Source: Squalus acanthias
Taxonomy: Eukaryota
Length of the DNA stretch: 60,000 nt
Reading direction: 5' to 3'
NCBI GenBank assembly: GCA_030390025.1
Contig: CM059432.1
Span: forward strand, 127,660,001 to 127,720,000
Program-made: the position numbers and the translations under genes
The notes under the pieces: model-generated
Databases searched by the model: none
Told to the model about the DNA's origin: nothing
Seen by the model: only the letters and a program-made list of their open reading frames with translations
In this document: positions 1-11,444 of the stretch, piece by piece
Layout of the letters: each line of letters starts with the position of its first letter
Position numbering within the stretch: the stretch's first letter is position 1

Positions 1-681
1 TTTTCTTTCAAAATACAATCTATTTTAGTAATATATTAATAATGAGGTAAAATTAAATTACAGGAAACTGGTTACAGAAGGATAAACTTCAAATAACTTA
101 AAATTGTGCATCTAGCATCACCAGCTTGATAAAAGGAAACATCTAAAAATATATATTTTTCAGAGACTCTTAGATCCCAGTTTGTTTTCAAACTGCTGGG
201 CTCCAGGTCACATGTTTGACATTTTACATTATATGGATCTGTTCAACTAAAAATAGAAACGTTTTCTGTCCATTCTGTGATACCATAATTGGGAAAACAG
301 TTTCTTTGTTTTTTAAAAAGCCTTGAGGGGGTCCACAGTGCTGATTTTATACAGGGTCACGTGAACACCTTTTCTTTCTTTGACAACATGCCCAGCATAT
401 TAACAGGAGGTGACAAAATTTCATGTGTTGAATAAAATATAATCAATGTACCTGAAGGTTTTGTGTGAAGGAGTTACAGATCTGTCAGTAATATTATTGG
501 TGTCATGTTTTGTACTAACCGGTCGGTAATAACCTACCTGTGATGGTAGGTGGAGCTGGTAATGTCACTCCATTGGCCAAAACTGTCTATGGGCAGATGA
601 CTGCAGTTTCCTGGCTTTAGCAGGATCTCAAATGAACTATACTTAATCATTTTGAAATGAAGGATGCCTTGTGTCTTGTAG

Positions 682-782
682 GGCGAGTTTGAAGCAGAGT
701 TTGAACCGCTGACATTGGCAGAAGCAGCAAATAACCTGGCCGATCTAGGACGGAAGGAACCGAATCCTCTTGACAAACCAAA
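682..782 (+). pseudogene. Type-II ferlin (FER1L6-like) penultimate exon, diverged
   Basis: Acceptor gtcttgtAG at 680-681 and donor GTgagc at 783 bound a 101-bp exon reading GEFEAEFEPLTLAEAANNLADLGRKEPNPLDKP(N). It aligns with the ferlin C-terminal motif GKVEAEFHLxTxEEAEKNPVGxxRKEPxPLxKPN, with several conserved residues altered. Confidence 0.85.
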
Positions 783-964
783 GTGAGCATGTTTATTCGA
801 AAGAGGGTAAAGTGAAATGTTCTATACTCCACGGGGTCTGAAATACTCCAAACAGCTGAAACATTGATATGGTGCACAAGTTGGAACAATAAGTCATTCA
901 TTTGCTCATGGGTATTCTGCTGAACACATATTGAAAATTATTCAGCTTCAGTAGCAATAGATTA

Positions 965-1412
965 CTGTGTCAGCTGTGGCTCAGTGGGTAGCACACTGGC
1001 CTCTGAGTCAGAAGGTTGTGGGTTCAAGTCCCACTCCAGGGACTTGAGTGCATAAAGCTTGGTTGACACTCCCGTGCAGTGCTGAGAGAGTGCAGCACTG
1101 TCGAAGGTGCTGTCTTTCGGATGAAACATTAAACCGAGGCCCCGTCTGCTTGCTCCAGTGGATGTAAAAGATCCCATGGCACTATTTTGAAGAAGAGCAG
1201 GGGAGTTATCCCTGGTGTCCTGGCCAATATTTATCCCTCAACCAACATAACAAAAACAGATTATCTGGTCATTAGCACATTGCTGTTTGTGGGAGCTTGC
1301 TGTGCGCAAATTGGCTGCCGCGTTTCCCACATTACAACAGTGACTGTACTTCATTGGCTGTAAAGCGCTTTGAGATGTCTGGTGGTCGTGAAAGGCGCTA
1401 TATAAATGCAAT
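965..1412 (+). mobile_element. tRNA-derived DeuSINE (SacSINE1-like), near full length
   Basis: A box tggctcagtggg, B box ggttcaagtccc, Deu-domain core (aaaccgaggccccgtctg...gtaaaagatcccatggcactatt) and an L2-like tail ggcgctatataaatgca. Confidence 0.85.
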
Positions 1413-2043
1413 GCATCAGGTTTGTTTTAATTTGTATTTAGTATTTAGAGCATTGTACATTTTAATGAGTAAGCTTATTAATGAAAAGAAACCACATAAT
1501 AATTTGGTTGCTGAAGGAAAGTTCATGTAACCTTGCTGGGATTAGTCATTATTACCATAGTAATCATGACTAGATGTTAGAAATGAACTAATACAAATTT
1601 AATGGATTGCTGTACCACTCACTCTCCAGCCTCTGCAGAGACCAGACCAGTGGATGGCAGCACACTGCGCACACAATGCAAAAACATATCTAACATAAAC
1701 ACTGTAGAACAGGGAGATGTTTATGAATCAGTCTGGAATGGAGATGTTCACCCTTGAAGTAATAGACTTGTGAAATGTTCAATCTTAAGAATGCCAGCTG
1801 CATTTCGCCAGCTCTCTTAACATGCTTAATCATTATGAAACTTCCTTTCAAAGTGCTTCAAATGTGAAAGTCACTTATTGTATTTTTTTAAGACCTTTAA
1901 GAGCAAACTGTTGCATTCCCCTGCTGCGGCTCTGAGTTTGATTCACAGATTAATATCCCACTGCAAAACTACTTCCAACAGAAGTGACTCAACAATGTGA
2001 TCTTAATTCCAAGGTTTTTTTAATTTGCTCTATTTACACTGTA

Positions 2044-2208
2044 GGGTGAATTCAGACACTGGCAGCAACCTCAGAACAACCTGAACATGCACATGATTTG
2101 TGCATGTTTGGTTGCTCAAAAGTTGCAAGCACAACTTTACCATTCTGCCAGTGGACCTTCTGTACATCAAAAGGCGGCCAATATAGTCACCAATGTGAAT
2201 TGATGCCC
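2044..2208. mobile_element. Possible old MITE with internal hairpin
   Basis: Imperfect termini gggtgaattca / tgaattgatgccc, flanked by tgta on both sides. Internal inverted repeat aacatgcaca-tgatt-tgtgcatgtt. Confidence 0.35.
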
Positions 2209-2560
2209 TGTATAGGTAGACCGGGAACGCAGTCCATCTGTGGCAGAAACAAAATGGCCTGATGGCAGTGGTCTAGGTGGTCACGAACTATGTTGGTAAT
2301 TAGAGGCATTTACAGAATCGTATTTAAATTACAGCATTAGCTCTGGAGTTTCCAGAGGCAGAATATAAATAGAAAAGTCATAGAAGTCTCAATTATAGGG
2401 CAGATATATAGCTATTTGTATGTCACTACAAAGTGGCTTTGACACCGCAGCATTGGGAAATGTCTCGGAAAACTAGAGCCAAACCAGTGTTGGCTTGGTG
2501 TTCAGCAACGTTGACCCCATCCCAATGAAGTAGTCTCAAACCACTTTGGCTTTGAGCTAG

Positions 2561-2901
2561 CTGCAGTATAGCTGGAAATACTCAGCAGGTCAGGCAACAT
2601 TTGTGGAGTTAACGTTTCAGGTCGCTGACCTTTCATCAGAACTGGAAGAGGTTGGAGATTTAACAGTTTTTAAGCAAGTACAGAGCCAGGGAAAGAGGGG
2701 TGGGGATGAGGAAAGAACAAAAGGGAAGGTCTGTAATAAGGTGGAGGGCAGAAGAGATTAAATGACAAAAGGGATCAAGGTGGAAGGCAAAAGGGGGGTG
2801 GTAATGGGACGAGATGGGTCTAGAGGAGCTGTAAATGGCAACAGTAGAACCATTACCAGCATCTGCTGTCCGAAAAATGGGAGCAGTGGTTATGATCTGA
2901 A
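2561..2901 (-). mobile_element. Penelope-like element 3'/pLTR fragment (family A) with hammerhead motif
   Basis: gctggaaatactcagcaggtcaggc...gttaacgtttcaggtc...gacctttcatcagaactgg is the reverse complement of the family seen at 3821, 11445-11870 and 27239. Confidence 0.75.
2606..2645 (-). ncRNA. Minimal hammerhead ribozyme motif (PLE type, family A)
   Basis: Minus strand reads AGUU-CUGAUGA-A-AGGUC AGC GACCU-GAAA-CG-UU-AACU. Confidence 0.7.
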
Positions 2902-3820
2902 TATTTCCCACTCTCAGACCAAATAAACCAGGCCACAATATTCCCCAGTTACACACAAGAACATAGAAAGGTATGTTTGGTTCACATAAATGCACTGAAA
3001 GGATGTAAACTGAAAATATGATACAAATTTGACGGCATCTAGAATGTAAGCCACCTGAGAGACAATTAGCACCACTTGGCTCACTCCAGTATCACACTGA
3101 TGAAGTTCCATCAGCATCAGTGGTATTATCCATACTCAATGTAATTCTGTGAAAAACCTTGGTGTATACTTTCTGCAATTCGTGAATCATGTTAAAAAGC
3201 TGATCAGGAGGAAACAGCATTTAAAAGAATAATAAAAGCTCATTAGAACTCGCTTAGTGCAGTCATCAGTTCTGTTAATTACACACAGTGCCAATTTTGC
3301 TTTAATGTAAAAGGTGCTGGAGACATTGTTAGCAAAAAAAGTCATGCTGTGCCAAACCTTTCAATTTAATTGAAACCCCAGAAGAACCTCATAAACGGAC
3401 TATCCACCAGTCAGATAGAACAGTGCACATTGCAGAGTACAGAAAATTCACCAAATTGAAAAATGAGAATCACTATGGACAGACCAGAGTTGGCAGTAAC
3501 AGGGAGTGTGTGCATTCCTTTCAGTTAGGAAGCAGTTCTGTGGGTTTTGTTTTCTGGTGCTTTTTATTAGTCAGTCCATAAATTACATAACCTCACATCT
3601 AACAAAGATGAGCATTGAATTCAAAATGCTGAGGATGTATCACTTTCAATTGTGGGCTGTGTGGCTCTTCTTTATCGTAGTATGAGCTGTGTTTACGAGC
3701 TGTCTCTGGAACAACTTGTGTAAATATCTTCACTCAGTAGAGGGGATGCCATGGGAGTGATTATTATAAATGCAAGTTATGAAGGCCTGCCTAAGAAATG
3801 TAATAAGTGAACATATATAA

Positions 3821-3915
3821 TTCTGATGAAAGGTCATCGACCTGAAACGTTAACTCTCTTTCTCTCTCCACGGATGCTGCCTGGCCTGCTGAGTTTTTCC
3901 AGCGTTTTCTGTTGT
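3821..3915 (+). mobile_element. Penelope-like pLTR fragment (family A) with hammerhead core
   Basis: ttCTGATGAaaggtcatcgacctGAAAcgttaac followed by tctctctccacggatgctgcctggcctgctgag. Confidence 0.75.
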
Positions 3916-4284
3916 TATATAATCAATTATCAGTTTATACAACTTGTTGCTCACATTGCAGAGCCATAAACCATATCCAACATTTTTTGTTGTTCCTATA
4001 ATCCTGGTATGAATTGAATTATTTTCTGCAATAGAGATGAAACATTCAAAAAAGAAACTGTATCAGTGTTCAAACCCATATGGACCCATTTCCATTCTGT
4101 GTTGATACATGGCCAGATCCTGCAAATCTATGTTGTGTCAGGGATTAGAGGATAGCATTAAAACAGCAAGGAAATTTAATGAGTCTGTATGGATTCTTAA
4201 CACTGATCTAAACTATGAAATAAGGTGGATAGGATTGAATGGCCTTTTGTTTTACTACCTTTCTAAGTCTTGCGTGCAACTGAA

Positions 4285-4871
4285 GAATATTGTGGCTGGG
4301 TGTATTTGGTCTGACAGTGGGGAATATTGAGGCCTGGTTTATTTGGTCTGAGAGTGGGGAATATTGTGGCCTGGTGTATTTGGTCTGACAGTGGGGAATA
4401 ATGTGGCCTGGTTTATTTGGTCTGACAGTGGGGAATAATGTGGCCTGGTTTATTTGGTCTGAGAGTGGGGAATATTGAGGCCTGGTGTATTTGGTCTGAC
4501 ACTGGGGAATAATGTGGCCTGGTGTATTTGGTCTGACAGTGGGGAATAATGTGGCCTGGTGTATTTGGTCTGACAGTGGGGAATATTGAGGCCTGGTGTA
4601 TTTGGTCTGAGAGTGGGGAATATTGTGGCCTGGTGTATTTGGTCTGACAGTGGGGAATAATGTGGCCTGGTTTATTTGGTCTGAGAGTGGGGAATATTGA
4701 GGCCTGGTGTATTTGGTCTGACAGTAGGGAATAATGTGGCCTGGTGTATTTGGACTGACAGTGGGGAATATTGAGGCCTGGTGTATTTGGTCTGAGAGTG
4801 GGGAATATTGTGGCCTGGTGTATTTGGTCTGAGAGTGGGGAATATTGTGGCCTGGTTTACTTGGCTTGAGA
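4285..4871 (+). repeat. Minisatellite, 37-bp unit x ~16
   Basis: Unit gaataWtgWggcctggtKtatttggtctgaSagtggg with an exact 37-bp period: unit 1 starts at 4285 and unit 16 at 4840. Confidence 0.97.
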
Positions 4872-5611
4872 GCGAGTCAGTTATTTAAAAACATTACTTT
4901 GGGATTTTTGCAGCCTTTTAAACAACCTAGCACAAAGCAGGAAGAGTGTGCAATGGCTTTATTATAGACACTTTACCACAGTGCCATTAACTCCAGAGGA
5001 GCAGGTTGATGGCACTCTTGGATACAAACTGATCGGCCTGCATTGAGCCAATGTCAGCAAAGACTCCGTTTTTTCTGGGTCGCCTGATCTGTCTCCAGTA
5101 TTCAGAACTCCCTCTTTGGTCTTGTAAATATGTTGAGTAGGTTAAGATGCAAAGCAGTGTCATGGCACAAGCATGCTGACTCATCAAACCAGCTCCGCTT
5201 CAGAATTCCAGGCAGGCCTGCCTGCTGTGCAATGCATGTCATTGTACCCTGAACATTACTTGTCAGCGTCGTAACAAACGGTACGGCTTTGTGACAACAT
5301 CGCGTTGACCATTCCCACATCCGCAGTGTTCAAGAGCTCACAATACAAGCAGATGGGACCCGTGCATGCACAGAACAGTGAGTTTCTGTTCTGGAAGCTG
5401 GTTTGTATAGAGGCCAGCTCCACATCACTGGGTAAACCTGGGAAAATAACAAGCATAGGATACGCTCCTGAAATCTGTCTTGTGTGTTTCATATCATGCT
5501 GGAGTGTGAAAAGATCTGTTATCTCCATCTCAGTTGTATGAGTGTAAAATATCTGTAGGTGTGAAGAACTTGCATCAGTAAAGGAGCTAATATTTGTTTC
5601 TGTTTTAACAG

Positions 5612-5793
5612 CCAACCAAGTGTATCTTTAAACTGGATAACGAACCCCATGAAAAATCCTTTACTTCAATGTATGGAAAAACAACAAAAAAAAAATCATC
5701 ACTACACTCATTGTTCTTTTGGTGTTAGTCATCCTGATGTTGTTTATTTACACATCGCCTGGGAGCATTTCTAATAAATTAGTAAATGGATAA
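5612..5793 (+). pseudogene. Type-II ferlin (FER1L6-like) terminal transmembrane exon with +1 frameshift
   Basis: Acceptor tttctgttttaacAG ends at 5611, in phase with the previous exon. Reads QPSVSLNWITNPMK, then one extra A in the A5 run at 5652-5656, then ILYFNVWKNNKKKIITTLIVLLVLVILMLFIYTSPGSISNKLVNG* (TAA 5791-5793). Matches the FER1L6-type tail (W..SP.K..Y..IWKNYKKYII...FIYTLPG.IS..IV.G). Confidence 0.85.
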
Positions 5794-7418
5794 ATAATGC
5801 TTCAGAATCCTTGAGATGAGGCATTTGGAAAATAAGGTGTAACCCTCATCCTCCATTCAATGTACTGTATTAGTAGATAAAGTGCAAAAATCTTCGGGAA
5901 GTCAAGACAGCAAGCACTAGCTGTGGTGCAAGCCCCTGTTTGTTAAATAGGGATTAGCTATCAATGGTAAGAATGGACATTCAGACTATTGTCACAAGTA
6001 ATCAAGTGTGATTATAACAGTTATATCAGAGCAGTGAGGGGGAGGTAGAATATGATGGAGAGTTATCCTTGAACCTCTGTTGTAAACTTCCTGGCAGTTG
6101 ATTCACAGCAGCATTGGCCAAGGCCGGAGAGTGAAGTTGCCTGTCCTCGCAGGCACAGATTATGCATAGCCCAGAGGGGTGAACAGAAATATAGGGAATC
6201 AATACCTTCATGGAGATAGCGCAGCTGCATTTTTGTGCTTTAACTTTCCCCAGGGTACCTACATTCAAAGATCTTCCCTCTTCACCTGTGGACACAGAAA
6301 TATGGACTCTTTCCTTATACTCCAAGTCTAGCTGCACCTGTGGTCCTAAGCACTGTACCTGGCCATCTCTGCCCCACACTACAAGCTGCAAAACATCCTG
6401 GAACTAGTGTCCATGTTTTCCCACGGTGGAGTACTTGTACCAGCTCCAGTATTGGCTGGATGATTTTATCTGGTGTTACCATTAAACCTTGAGGCGAAAT
6501 AGTATTTATTCCAGTGACAAAGGCTTAGACACTCAAACCACATTCAGCGGCAGAATGATGGGGACAATCGAATTGTGCATGCACAGAAGGCAGAGCTCTG
6601 GAAAAATTCCAAACGGGAAAAGGTTAATAAGCTGTCAGTTCCCTGTTCCAATTAGAAACACATTGGGACATTCATTATTACCTAATTGATTAATTCACAG
6701 CTATATGTGATAACGCAATACATGTAAAGAAAGTGAGGGCCAGACGGTTTGCCCGTAATGTTATGGATGTATTAATCCACACAATTTATTTCATTAACTA
6801 ATGTATGTGCAAAATTCTATTTTCTTACATTCTGTAAATGATGGATTTTCCTTGCATAAAGTAAATTAATTCATGATAATTAAACGGTTTTTGGAGCATG
6901 TTTCAGCGGGTTTGATTTAATTGGAACTTGTCAGACTCTGTGCAGGGTGTATAATCTGCACTGATAATAACAGGGTCTATAATATGTGCAGATCATAATG
7001 AAAGTGAGCCTTACTGTGATGACGTTACCACACATAAAGATGGGCTGCTTGATTGGATGAGACAGACAACCGCAGATTAAAGAGTCACCATATTTCAGCT
7101 TGTGCTAATGAAGTGGTTCCTTCGCTCCGGCAGTCACAACTCTGCAGAAATGAGAGTGAAGATTTTCAAACAAGGTAAAGCTGCACAGGAAGAGCCTCGG
7201 GTCCAGTCTGTACCCATTAATAGAATAGAAATCAGTTGTTTATTTTTTCTCAGCATCCACATAATGCAAAAAGAAAATATATTTTACTTCACTTATACTC
7301 ATAGCTTTGGTGGGGGTGAGGGGGGGGGACCACATTTGCCAACATAATCATGACCTTTTCAAAGAGTCTCTCCACTTAATCAGGAGCAGGAACCCCAGCC
7401 CAAACAATCAGGGTTCTA

Positions 7419-8487
7419 TAGAGTCATAGAATCATCGAGTTATACAGCACAGAAAGAGGCCCTTCGGCCCATCGTGTCCGCGCCGGCCATCAAGCCCTGT
7501 CTATTTTAATCCCATTTTCCAGCACTTGGTCCGTAGCCTTGTATGCTGTGGCGTTTCAAGTGCTCATCTAAATGCTTCTTGAATGTTGTGAGGGTTCCTG
7601 CCTCTACCACCCTTTCAGGCAGTGAGTTCCAGATTGTGAAATTTTTTTTCCTCAAATCCCCTCTAAACCTCCTGCCCCTTACCTTGAAACTATGCCCCCT
7701 GGTTATTGACCCCTCTACTAAGGGGAAAAGTTCCTTTCTATCTACTCTATCTATGCCCCTCATAATTTTGTACACCTCAATCAGGTCCCCTCTCAGCCTT
7801 CTCTGCTCTAAGGAAAACAATCCCAGCCTGTCCAGTCTCTCCTCATAGCTGAAGTGCTCCAGCCCAGGTAACATCCTGGTGAATCTCCTCTGCACCCTCT
7901 CCAATGCAATCACATCCTTCCTATAGTGTGGCGACCAGAACTGCACACAGTATTCCAGCTGTGGCCTAACTAGCGTTTTGTACAGCTCCATCATAACCTC
8001 CCTGCTCTTATATTCTATGCCTCGGCTAATGAAGGCAAGTATCCCATATGCCTTTTTAACCACCTTATCTACCTGTCCTGCTGCCTTCAGGGATCTATGT
8101 ACATGCACACCAAGGTCCCTCTGATCCTCTGTCCTTCCTAGGGTCCTACCATTCATTGTGTATTCCTTTGCCTTGTTAGTCCTCCCAAAATGCATCACCT
8201 CACACTTTTCAGGGTTAAATTCCATTTGCCACTTTTCTGCCCATCTGACCAACCCGTCTATATCGTCCTGTAGCCTGAGGCTTCCCTCCTCGCTATTTAC
8301 CACTCCACCAATTTCCGTGTCATCTGCGAACTTACTGATCATACCTCCTACATTCATATCTAAATCATTAATGTACACTACAAACAGCAAAGGACCCAGC
8401 ACCGATCCCTGCGGTACACCACTGGACACAGGCTTCCAGTCACAAAAACAACCTTCGACCATCACCCTCTGCCTCCTGCCACTAAGC
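7419..8487 (-). mobile_element. CR1 LINE, 5'-truncated, with open RT C-terminal ORF
   Basis: ORF 7506-8465 contains [27 protein letters not shown] and RRLRGDLIEVYKI. Short-repeat 3' tail near 7420-7445. Confidence 0.95.
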
Positions 8488-8805
8488 TCAGCAATTGCAG
8501 CAGAGCTCCATTATACCTCAAACAGGAACATTTCTATATTACTTTTTATATGGCCAGGGAGTTTTTTGAAAAATCCTTATGGTTAAGATGGAAGCTATCT
8601 GCAACCAAAGCCAGGCTCTTTGATCTGCAGATTAACCAGGATTTGTTTTTTTATTGTAGGATTAGTGGTCACTGGAAGGACAACAGTTATTCGATTTGCA
8701 GACTGCTATCAGGCATTAAAACTGTTTTCTCTGGCGATAAGGTGTCAAAACAAAGCCCCAGATAGTCAAGAAACTAGGCTCGTCCTTTGCCCACCCAAAC
8801 CTCTC

Positions 8806-8828
8806 TACTCTCTCTCTCTCTCTCTCTC
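8806..8828. repeat. (CT)n microsatellite
   Basis: Visible ctctct run. Confidence 0.9.
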
Positions 8829-9502
8829 GACAAACTGGGTGAAGATCACAGAGGAGATTATCCTGGGACCGTGCCCAGGCACATTGGATCACTTGAGTGC
8901 GGCAAATATCGGTCCTGGTCGGAGTGCATGCCTGTAAGTGGAACCTGCCGCAGTTTCTGATGGTTGCTGCGTCCAGGCAATCTAGTGTGTCTGGGTGTAG
9001 ACCCAGGGAAATCTCCCCTCTCACCTCCAGCCAGGCAACAAGCCTCCGTTTTACCAGATAATTCAGGTCTCCTCGATTTTTATTCAGAACTCAAGAGCTG
9101 AATTCACCAAATTAAGAAGAGGTTGTGTTTGCAGGTGAGCCAATGCTTCACACAGCTGGGCTGGGAGCGCAGTGCTAATACGATACTTAATAACACTTTG
9201 GTGTCTTGTGGTGACAAAGTATCAGTAGAGTAAATTTAGAAATGTTTGAAAGGTTGCCGTAGCAATGACATCGCTTCAGTGTAACACTGACAGCAGAAAT
9301 AGCAAATCCACTCAAATTGTTACAAAGATTGTTAATGAGTTTCAAAGATTATCACATGACACTGGAATCTTGGTGCAATGTACTGCAACACCAACATCAC
9401 TCCTGTATCATGATTAGATTTTTCCTATGCATTTTCTCCTCTGTTTTAGCCATTTCTGTATTAGAAAATGTGTAAGTGCAGTGCTGAAAAGTATAGACAT
9501 AA

Positions 9503-10248
9503 TGAGGTGAATTTCAACCCCCATAAACGATTGGGTTCGGGTCGGGTGGAATGTAAAAAATGTTCAAATCTCAAACCTGAACCGAACCTGCCCATTTCCG
9601 TTTTTAACGGAGGCGGGATGGGGGGCGGGTGACCAATCTGCTCACAGGAGACAGGTCACTCATTTCAATATTTTAATGAGATAGAATCTGAGGCACACTA
9701 TCTCTCTTCCAGATTTAACCTTGGCCCAGGAAACCCAGCAGCTGAAGGGAGGTGAGGGCTGCTGCATGGAAAAGATAAGTGCTTTTCCAACACTGCTTGT
9801 GGGCCAGGAGGAGCTGGAGTGCTTCCTCTCAGCCCCCAAGCTAACCTGCTTCCCCCCCACCCCCCACAATATCACCGATCCCCCTCCCCACGATCACCGA
9901 CACCACTCGCTATCACCGAACCCCCACGCACGATCGGAACCACCCCTGCGATCACCGACCCCCCCCCATCTCTGCCCCCGATCTGTCTCCGAAACCTCAC
10001 GATCACCCCCAACTCTACAAGCCACTCTGTACCAACCCCCCACTGCAATCTCTACCCCAGCAGCACAAACATACCTGCTCCTGGGCTCTGGCCTCTTCTA
10101 GAGCATTCCCCGCACGACAGGGAGCCAAGACTATCAATCAGACTGGCTTCCGAGCGGGGATCCTGTTGAATGAAAAGTACACACGCTGTGAAGTCAAAAC
10201 TCCAGAACTCCCCCACTTGGAAATCCTGCCCCAGTAAAGATCGGGGCC
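9503..10248. mobile_element. GC-rich interspersed repeat, probably a non-autonomous DNA element, with internal CGATC-rich tandem motifs
   Basis: Abrupt GC-rich segment with repeated cgatc/cacc motifs at 9870-10010. Family not identified. Confidence 0.4.
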
Positions 10249-11444
10249 AATGAAACAGATTCCACTGTGCAGTTCATCAATGTAGTGCAGGGAGAAATAA
10301 ATGATACAAAATATAGAAATAATTGTCCTCTCACTTTATTTCTGATCTCAGCTGCTTTGTTCCTGTTTTTTCTTGTTGCAATGTTTTAGTCTTTCTCCCT
10401 ATTCCCATGCTTTTCCTTTGCTTGGCTTTTAGTATTTTTTTTCTTGGCTCTTCCTCCCACTCATCTAGTTTTTTTTTAATTTTCGACTCCCAAAGACTAC
10501 TACCCTGAACCTCAAGATAACAAACAGCACGCTTGCAATAAAGTGGCCGCTGGGATACCCAGATGCACATCATCATCATCATCCTCCATAGTTTTCTAGA
10601 ATTCTTGCGGACTATCAGCCACTTTGCATAGTTACTTTTGTCTTGAAAATACTATGGAAATATGAGTGAGGAGGGGGTAACTGACTTTGATATCCATTTT
10701 AATCTGGGATGATAACATTGCATCATAAAGAGAAATCTTCTTTCATTATTACCAAGTTGCAGCTCCCAAAATCATGTGTGGTCACAAATGGTCAAAAAAA
10801 TGTCTTCAACAGAAACAGAAACTTAAAGAAAAATGGTTACCTGGTTTATATATTGGAGGAGTTGCACATTTCCTGGAGGGTATTTTGGAAGCATCACCAT
10901 GCATATTTGTACAGTAGTTTTACATGCTTTAGGATTAGGGCAGTTATGGGGAGGGTGGGGGGGCTTGCGTTCATATACAAGTGTCTTAAGGCATCCTACC
11001 TTTTCATGGGATATTGTTGGGTTGGGTTATTTTTCTTGTGCCGCTGGGAGCAGCTGTTGGTTTGCTCCCATTGTCTATCTGTTACAAGCCTAGTCATTTG
11101 TCTTCAAAAATGTGTTGTGCACTTGGAGAGAGAGATTTATGTTTGAACCCCCAGGTAGGAGGTCCAGACTGCTTGGTGCTTTCCCAACTCTAGGTGGAAC
11201 CTGTGCATCGTGCACTTTGACTGGCATGTATGTCATAAGTACTTACCCCACACTTGTGATGGGAGGAATAAGCCTCACCCTTTTAGTTGTTGGTAATGAG
11301 TGTTGCACTAGTCTGTATTTTCATCTTGTGAACAGACCCTGTAGACAGCAAGTGTAAAAACTTTGAATTGTTTCTTCAATTTGCATTTTTTTAAATCCCA
11401 ATCATTGCTTGAAAGATCAAATTATCTGATTTGTCAATTTAAGT

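Noticed and set aside
975..1040. tRNA gene
   Set aside because: The A/B boxes belong to the SINE head and there is no full cloverleaf.
4285..4871. CRISPR-like array (37-bp repeats)
   Set aside because: Units are head-to-tail with no unique spacers, the context is vertebrate and there are no cas genes.
5256..5615. 119-aa minus-strand ORF and neighbouring short ORFs
   Set aside because: No recognisable homology; consistent with chance ORFs in intronic DNA.
7090..7173. Possible plus-strand exon (ttcAG...aagGTaaag, open frame)
   Set aside because: No recognisable protein similarity, and it lies downstream of the ferlin stop codon.
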